From Auanema rhodensis (taxonomy: Eukaryota; Animalia; Nematoda): a DNA stretch of 64,000 bases. A program made the translations under genes and the position numbers. The notes beneath the pieces are model-generated. The model ran no database searches, was not told where the DNA came from, and was given only the letters and a program-made list of their open reading frames with translations. Positions 56,194 through 64,000 of the stretch are shown piece after piece; the first letter of the stretch is position 1, and each line of letters starts with the position of its first letter. The DNA is taken from contig OZ059897.1 in the NCBI GenBank assembly GCA_964057225.1, forward strand, positions 1,302,001 through 1,366,000, written 5' to 3'.

Positions 56194-59100
56194 TTGAAAA
56201 AAGATGCATTAGTGTATGTTGAGTTTCCATGTACACTCAACATTGCTTCCAAAAACATTTTGACAAAAATTTTCCCGAAAAATTTCAAAATAATTTTACA
56301 AAAACTAGATGTTTTTAGATTCCTTTTTTCAAGGCAAAGACGATGGACAATGTTATTCAACGAAAAAATTGATTCTTCAGGGTGAAAATCGAGGATATAA
56401 GTGTGAACTTATATCAGTTGATATCTCGGTGCATTTTTAAGCTAACTCAAATCTGATAACACAGATCGACGCAGCTTAAAAATCCGCATCGAATGCACTA
56501 AACTACATTGAAAAACGCTCAATACAAAAATTATTTATGATTGTTTGAAAAAAGATGCATTAGTGTATGTTGAGTTTCCATGTACACTCAACATTGCTTC
56601 CAAAAACATTTTGACAAAAATTTTCCCGAAAAATTTCAAGATAATTTCACAGAAACTAGATGTTTTTAGATTCCTTTTTTCAAGGCAAAGACGATGGACA
56701 ATGTTATTAAACAAAAAAATTAATTCTTCAGGGTGAAAATCGAGGATATAAGTGTGAACTTATATCAGTTGATATCTCGGTGAATTTTAAAGCTAACTCA
56801 AATCTGATAACACAGATCGACGCAGCTTAAAAATCCGTTTCGAATGCACTATACTACATTGAGAAACGCTCAATACAAAAATTATTTATGATTGTTTGAA
56901 AAAAGATGCATTAGTGTATGTTGAGTTTCCATGTACACTCAACATTGCTTCCAAAAACATTTTGACAAAAATTTTCCCGAAAAATTTCAAGATAATTTCA
57001 CAGAAACTAGATGTTTTTAGATTCCTTTTTTCAAGGCAAAGACGATGGACAATGTTATTCAACAAAAAAATTAATTCTTCAGGGTGAAAATCGAGGATAT
57101 AAGTGTGAACTTATATCAGTTGATATCTCGGTGAATTTTAAAGCTAACTCAAATCTGATAACACAGATCGACGCAGCTTAAAAATCCGTTTCGAATGCAC
57201 TATACTACATTGAGAAACGCTCAATACAAAAATTATTTATGATTGTTTGAAAAATGATGCATTAGTGTATGTTGAGTTTCCATGTACACTCAACATTGCT
57301 TCCAAAAACATTTTGACAAAAATTTTCCCGAAAAATTTCAAGATAATTTTACAAAAACTAGATGTTTTTAGATTCCTTTTTTTAAGGCGAAAACGATGGA
57401 CAATGTTATTCAACGAAAAAATTAATTCTTCAGGGTGAAAATCGAGGATATAAGTGTGAACTTATATCAGTTGATATCTCGGTGCATTTTTAAGCTAACT
57501 CAAATCTGATAACACAGATCGACGCAGCTTAAAAATCCGTTTCGAATGCACTATACTACATTGAGAAACGCTCAGTACAAAAATTATTTATGATTGTTTG
57601 AAAAAAGATGCATTAGTGTATGTTGAGTTTCCATGTACACTCAACATTGCTTCCAAAAACATTTTGACAAAAATTTTCCCGAAAAATTTCAAGATAATTT
57701 TACAAAAACTAGATGTTTTTAGATTCCTTTTTTCAAGGCAAAGACGATGGACAATGTTATTCAACGAAAAAATTAATTCTTCAGGGTGAAAATCGAGGAT
57801 ATAAGTGTGAACTTATATCAGTTGATATCTCGGTGCATTTTCAAGCTAACTCAAATCTGATAACACAGATCGACGCAGCTTAAAAATCCGTTTCGAATGC
57901 ACTATACTACATTGAGTAACGCTCAATACAAAAATTATTTATGATTGTTTGAAAAAAGATGCATTAGTGTATGTTGAGTTTCCATGTACACTCAACATTG
58001 CTTCCAAAAACATTTTGACAAAAATTTTCCCGAAAAATTTCAAGATAATTTTGCGGAAAGTAGATGTTTTTAGATTTCTTTTCTTAAGGCGAAGACGATG
58101 GACAATGTTATTCAACGAAAAAATTAATTCTTCAGGGTGAAAATCGAGGATTTAAGTGTGAACTTATATCAGTTGATATCTCGGTGAATTTTTAAGCTAG
58201 CGCAAATCTGATAACACAGATCGACGCAGTTTAAAAATCCGCATCGAATGCATTATACTACATTGGAAAACGCTCAATACAAAAATTATTTATGATTGTT
58301 TGAAAAAAGATGCATTAGTGTATGTTGAGTTTCCATGTACACTCAACATTGCTTCCAAAAACATTTTGACAAAAATTTTCCCGAAAAATTTCAAGATAAT
58401 TTTACAAAAACTAGATGTTTTTAGATTCCTTTTTTTAAGGCGAAAACGATGGACAATGTTATTCAACGAAAAAATTGATTCTTCAGGGTGAAAATCGAGG
58501 ATATAAGTGTGAACTTATATCAGTTGATATCTCGGTGCATTTTTAAGCTAACTCAAATCTGATAACACAGATCGACGCAGCTTAAAAATCCGTTTCGAAT
58601 GCACTATACTACATTGAGAAACGCTCAATACAAAAATTATTTATGATTGTTTGAAAAAAGATGCATTAGTGTATGTTGAGTTTCCATGTACACTCAACAT
58701 TGCTTCCAAAAACATTTTGACAAAAATTTTCCCGAAAAATTTCAAGATAATTTTACAAAAACTAGATGTTTTTAGATTCCTTTTTTCAAGGCAAAGACGA
58801 TGGACAATGTTATTCAACGAAAAAATTAATTCTTCAGGGTGAAAATCGAGGATATAAGTGTGAACTTATATCAGTTGATAACTCGGTGCATTTTCAAGCT
58901 AACTCAAATCTGATAACACAGATCGACGCAGCTTAAAAATCCGTTTCGAATGCACTATACTACATTGAGAAACGCTCAATACAAAAATTATTTATGATTG
59001 TTTGAAAAAAGATGCATTAGTGTATGTTGAGTTTCCATGTACACTCAACATTGCTTCCAAAAACATTTTGACTAAAATTTTCCCGAAAAATTTCAAGATA

Positions 59101-62100
59101 ATTTTACAAAAACTAGATGTTTTTAGATTCCTTTTTTTAAGGCGAAAACGATGGACAATGTTATTCAACGAAAAAATTGATTCTTCAGGGTGAAAATCGA
59201 GGATATAAGTGTGAACTTATATCAGTTGATATCTCGGTGCATTTTTAAGCTAACTCAAATCTGATAACACAGATCGACGCAGCTTAAAAATCCGTTTCGA
59301 ATGCACTATACTACATTGAGAAACGCTCAATACAAAAATTATTTATGATTGTTTGAAAAAAGATGCATTAGTGTATGTTGAGTTTCCATGTACACTCAAC
59401 ATTGCTTCCAAAAACATTTTGACAAAAATTTTCCCGAAAAATTTCAAGATAATTTTACAAAAACTAGATGTTTTTAGATTCCTTTTTTTAAGGCGAAAAC
59501 GATGGACAATGTTATTCAACGAAAAAATTGATTCTTCAGGGTGAAAATCGAGGATATAAGTGTGAACTTATATCAGTTGATATCTCGGTGCATTTTTAAG
59601 CTAACTCAAATCTGATAACACAGATCGACGCAGCTTAAAAATCCGTTTCGAATGCACTATACTACATTGAGAAACGCTCAATACAAAAATTATTTATGAT
59701 TGTTTGAAAAATGATGCATTAGTGTATGTTGCGTTTCCATGTACACTCAACATTGCTTCCAAAAACATTTTGACAGAAATTTTCCCGAAAAATTTCAAGA
59801 TAATTTTACAAAAAGTAGATGTTTTTAGATTTCTTTTTTTAAGGCAAAGACGATGGACAATGTTATTCAACGAAAAAATTAATTCTTCAGGGTGAAAATC
59901 GAGGATATAAGTGTGAACTTATATCAGTTGATATCTCTTTGCATTTTTAAGCTAACGCAAATCTGATAACACAGATCGTCGCAGCTTAAAAATCCGCTTC
60001 GAATGCACTATACTACATTGAGAAACGCTCAATACAAAAATTATTTATGATTGTTTGAAAAAAGATGCATTAGTGTATGTTGAGTTTCCATGTACACTCA
60101 ACATTGCTTCCAAAAACATTTTGACAAAAATTTTCCCGAAAAATTTCAAGATAATTTTACAAAAACTAGATGTTTTTAGATTCCTTTTTTTAAGGCGAAA
60201 ACGATGGACAATGTTATTCAACGAAAAAATTGATTCTTCAGGGTGAAAATCGAGGATATAAGTGTGAACTTATATCAGTTGATATCTCGGTGCATTTTTA
60301 AGCTAACTCAAATCTGATAACACAGATCGACGCAGCTTAAAAATCCGTTTCGAATGCACTATACTACATTGAGAAACGCTCAATACAAAAATTATTTATG
60401 ATTGTTTGAAAAAAGATGCATTAGTGTATGTTGAGTTTCCATGTACACTCAACATTGCTTCCAAAAACATTTTGACAAAAATTTTCCCGAAAAATTTCAA
60501 GATAATTTTACAAAAACTAGATGTTTTTAGATTCCTTTTTTCAAGGCAAAGACGATGGACAATGTTATTCAACGAAAAAATTGATTCTTCAGGGTGAAAA
60601 TCGAGGATATAAGTGTGAACTTATATCAGTTGATATCTCGGTGCATTTTTAAGCTAACTCAAATCTGATAACACAGATCGACGCAGCTTAAAAATCCGCA
60701 TCGAATGCACTAAACTACATTGAAAAACGCTCAATACAAAAATTATTTATGATTGTTTGAAAAAAGATGCATTAGTGTATGTTGAGTTTCCATGTACACT
60801 CAACATTGCTTCCAAAAACATTTTGACAAAAATTTTCCCGAAAAATTTCAAGATAATTTTACAGAAACTAGATGTTTTTAGATTCCTTTTTTCAAGGCAA
60901 AGACGATGGACAATGTTATTCAACAAAAAAATTAATTCTTCAGGGTGAAAATCGAGGATATAAGTGTGAACTTATATCAGTTGATATCTCGGTGAATTTT
61001 AAAGCTAACTCAAATCTGATAACACAGATCGACGCAGCCTAAAAATCCGTTTCGAATGCACTATACTACATTGAGAAACGCTCAATACAAAAATTATTTA
61101 TGATTGTTTGAAAAAAGATGCATTAGTGTATGTTGAGTTTCCATGTACACTCAACATTGCTTCCAAAAACATTTTGACAAAAATTTTCCCGAAAAATTTC
61201 AAGATAATTTCACAGAAACTAGATGTTTTTAGATTCCTTTTTTCAAGGCAAAGACGATGGACAATGTTATTCAACAAAAAAATTAATTCTTCAGGGTGAA
61301 AATCGAGGATATAAGTGTGAACTTATATCAGTTGATATCTCGGTGAATTTTAAAGCTAACTCAAATCTGATAACACAGATCGACGCAGCTTAAAAATCCG
61401 TTTCGAATGCACTATACTACATTGAGAAACGCTCAATACAAAAATTATTTATGATTGTTTGAAAAATGATGCATTAGTGTATGTTGAGTTTCCATGTACA
61501 CTCAACATTGCTTCCAAAAACATTTTGACAAAAATTTTCCCGAAAAATTTCAAGATAATTTTACAAAAACTAGATGTTTTTAGATTCCTTTTTTTAAGGC
61601 GAAAACGATGGACAATGTTATTCAACGAAAAAATTAATTCTTCAGGGTGAAAATCGAGGATATAAGTGTGAACTTATATCAGTTGATATCTCGGTGCATT
61701 TTTAAGCTAACTCAAATCTGATAACACAGATCGACGCAGCTTAAAAATCCGTTTCGAATGCACTATACTACATTGAGAAACGCTCAGTACAAAAATTATT
61801 TATGATTGTTTGAAAAAAGATGCATTAGTGTATGTTGAGTTTCCATGTACACTCAACATTGCTTCCAAAAACATTTTGACAAAAATTTTCCCGAAAAATT
61901 TCAAGATAATTTTACAAAAACTAGATGTTTTTAGATTCCTTTTTTCAAGGCAAAGACGATGGACAATGTTATTCAACGAAAAAATTAATTCTTCAGGGTG
62001 AAAATCGAGGATATAAGTGTGAACTTATATCAGTTGATATCTCGGTGCATTTTCAAGCTAACTCAAATCTGATAACACAGATCGACGCAGCTTAAAAATC

Positions 62101-64000
62101 CGTTTCGAATGCACTATACTACATTGAGAAACGCTCAATACAAAAATTATTTATGATTGTTTGAAAAAAGATGCATTAGTGTATGTTGAGTTTCCATGTA
62201 CACTCAACATTGCTTCCAAAAACATTTTGACAAAAATTTTCCCGAAAAATTTCAAGATAATTTTGCGGAAAGTAGATGTTTTTAGATTTCTTTTCTTAAG
62301 GCGAAGACGATGGACAATGTTATTCAACGAAAAAATTAATTCTTCAGGGTGAAAATCGAGGATTTAAGTGTGAACTTATATCAGTTGATATCTCGGTGAA
62401 TTTTTAAGCTAGCGCAAATCTGATAACACAGATCGACGCAGCTTAAAAATCCGCATCGAATGCATTATACTACATTGGAAAACGCTCAATACAAAAATTA
62501 TTTATGATTGTTTGAAAAAAGATGCATTAGTGTATGTTGAGTTTCCATGTACACTCAACATTGCTTCCAAAAACATTTTGACAAAAATTTTCCCGAAAAA
62601 TTTCAAAATAATTTTACAAAAACTAGATGTTTTTAGATTCCTTTTTTTAAGGCGAAAACGATGGACAATGTTATTCAACGAAAAAATTGATTCTTCAGGG
62701 TGAAAATCGAGGATATAAGTGTGAACTTATATCAGTTGATATCTCGGTGCATTTTTAAGCTAGCGCAAATCTGATAACACAGATCGACGCAGTTTAAAAA
62801 TCCGCATCGAATGCATTATACTACATTGGAAAACGCTCAATACAAAAATTATTTATGATTGTTTGAAAAAAGATGCATTAGTGTATGTTGAGTTTCCATG
62901 TACACTCAACATTGCTTCCAAAAACATTTTGACAAAAATTTTCCCGAAAAATTTCAAGATAATTTTACAAAAACTAGATGTTTTTAGATTCCTTTTTTCA
63001 AGGCAAAGACGATGGACAATGTTATTCAACGAAAAAATTAATTCTTCAGGGTGAAAATCGAGGATATAAGTGTGAACTTATATCAGTTGATATCTCGGTG
63101 CATTTTCAAGCTAACTCAAATCTGATAACACAGATCGACGCAGCTTAAAAATCCGTTTCGAATGCACTATACTACATTGAGAAACGCTCAATACAAAAAT
63201 TATTTATGATTGTTTGAAAAAAGATGCATTAGTGTATGTTGAGTTTCCATGTACACTCAACATTGCTTCCAAAAACATTTTGACTAAAATTTTCCCGAAA
63301 AATTTCAAGATAATTTTACAAAAACTAGATGTTTTTAGATTCCTTTTTTTAAGGCGAAAACGATGGACAATGTTATTCAACGAAAAAATTGATTCTTCAG
63401 GGTGAAAATCGAGGATATAAGTGTGAACTTATATCAGTTGATATCTCGGTGCATTTTTAAGCTAACTCAAATCTGATAACACAGATCGACGCAGCTTAAA
63501 AATCCGTTTCGAATGCACTATACTACATTGAGAAACGCTCAATACAAAAATTATTTATGATTGTTTGAAAAAAGATGCATTAGTGTATGTTGAGTTTCCA
63601 TGTACACTCAACATTGCTTCCAAAAACATTTTGACAAAAATTTTCCCGAAAAATTTCAAGATAATTTTACAAAAACTAGATGTTTTTAGATTCCTTTTTT
63701 TAAGGCGAAAACGATGGACAATGTTATTCAACGAAAAAATTGATTCTTCAGGGTGAAAATCGAGGATATAAGTGTGAACTTATATCAGTTGATATCTCGG
63801 TGCATTTTTAAGCTAACTCAAATCTGATAACACAGATCGACGCAGCTTAAAAATCCGTTTCGAATGCACTATACTACATTGAGAAACGCTCAATACAAAA
63901 ATTATTTATGATTGTTTGAAAAAAGATGCATTAGTGTATGTTGAGTTTCCATGTACACTCAACATTGCTTCCAAAAACATTTTGACAAAAATTTTCCCGA
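56194..64000. repeat. Large duplication with 4212-bp (12-monomer) offset; second copy truncated by the window end
   Basis: Private markers recur at +4212: TTGCGGAAAG (monomers 57949/62161), CTCAGTAC (~57571/~61783), GACTAAAA (59002/63214) and GGATTTAAG (~58148/~62360). Confidence 0.92.

Larger units (their letters stand above)
1..64000. repeat. Satellite DNA array, 351-bp monomer, ~182.6 head-to-tail copies, running off both window ends
   Basis: The same monomer recurs every 351 bp (ORF-track starts 142, 493, 844 ... 63565). There are only three register shifts: -1 near 27298, -106 at 35465/35466 and -1 near 48537. Hand count of monomer 493-843 gives ~53 C + ~52 G (~30% GC). No unique spacer or foreign sequence was seen. 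Confidence 0.99.
48100..64000. repeat. Subfamily domain 'K' (TTGAAAAAAGATGCA; TTTGAATTT, AAATTGATT, ATCAATTGAT variants), more heterogeneous
   Basis: Most monomers from 48122 onward read 'MKKDAL', and many private variants here are absent upstream. Confidence 0.88.

Noticed and set aside
142-63756. 63-aa ORF repeated in ~171 of 182 monomers (basic/hydrophobic, superficially like a small toxin or antimicrobial peptide)
   Set aside because: It starts at TTG and its K/N/I/F/L richness simply reflects A/T tracts. Many common variants are non-synonymous, and copies with TAA (7864, 8917, 10321, 11374, 12778, 20851), TAG (21904), frameshifts (27169, 48473) or start loss (50227, 52684) exist, some of them amplified. 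I recognise no domain. Ribo-seq/proteomics or dN/dS well below 1 would be needed to revive it.
1-64000. CRISPR array or other repeat-spacer system
   Set aside because: There are no unique spacers: the entire 351 bp is repeated, and there are no cas or other genes.
1-64000. Tandem 5S rRNA, tRNA, spliced-leader or snRNA gene array (similar unit sizes exist)
   Set aside because: I see no recognisable 5S sequence, cloverleaf, pol III A/B/C boxes or known SL exon, and no GC-richer conserved gene versus variable spacer partition. An Rfam cmscan would be the formal test.
1-64000. Whole array as an assembly or synthetic artefact
   Set aside because: Hierarchical, position-dependent variant patterns and private mutations are typical of a real satellite array, although exact copy numbers of identical blocks still need read support.

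Overview
The whole 64-kb window is one uninterrupted head-to-tail tandem array of a 351-bp, ~70% AT monomer (about 182.6 copies, all in one orientation), i.e. eukaryotic satellite DNA, probably (peri)centromeric heterochromatin. I see no genes, RNA genes, transposon insertions or CRISPR array; the repeated 63-aa 'ORF' is best explained as a by-product of the monomer. The informative structure lies at three other levels. (1) The monomer is densely packed with inverted repeats: a 9-bp stem with a GTGA loop, a ~51-nt interrupted hairpin with 11-bp outer arms, and two TTGAG/CTCAA hairpins. (2) Diagnostic variants divide the array into multi-kb subfamily domains, each with its own young, low-copy higher-order repeats (2-, 3-, 4-, 6-, 7-, 8/7- and 12-mers). 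(3) Individual turnover events can be read directly: a 245-bp partial duplication with breakpoints at hairpin feet, an orphan monomer of a distant subfamily, an out-of-register conversion tract, and variants that perfect quasi-palindromes. I cannot name the satellite family or species from the sequence alone, and I found no support for a new protein-coding system. All counts and alignments were done by eye.
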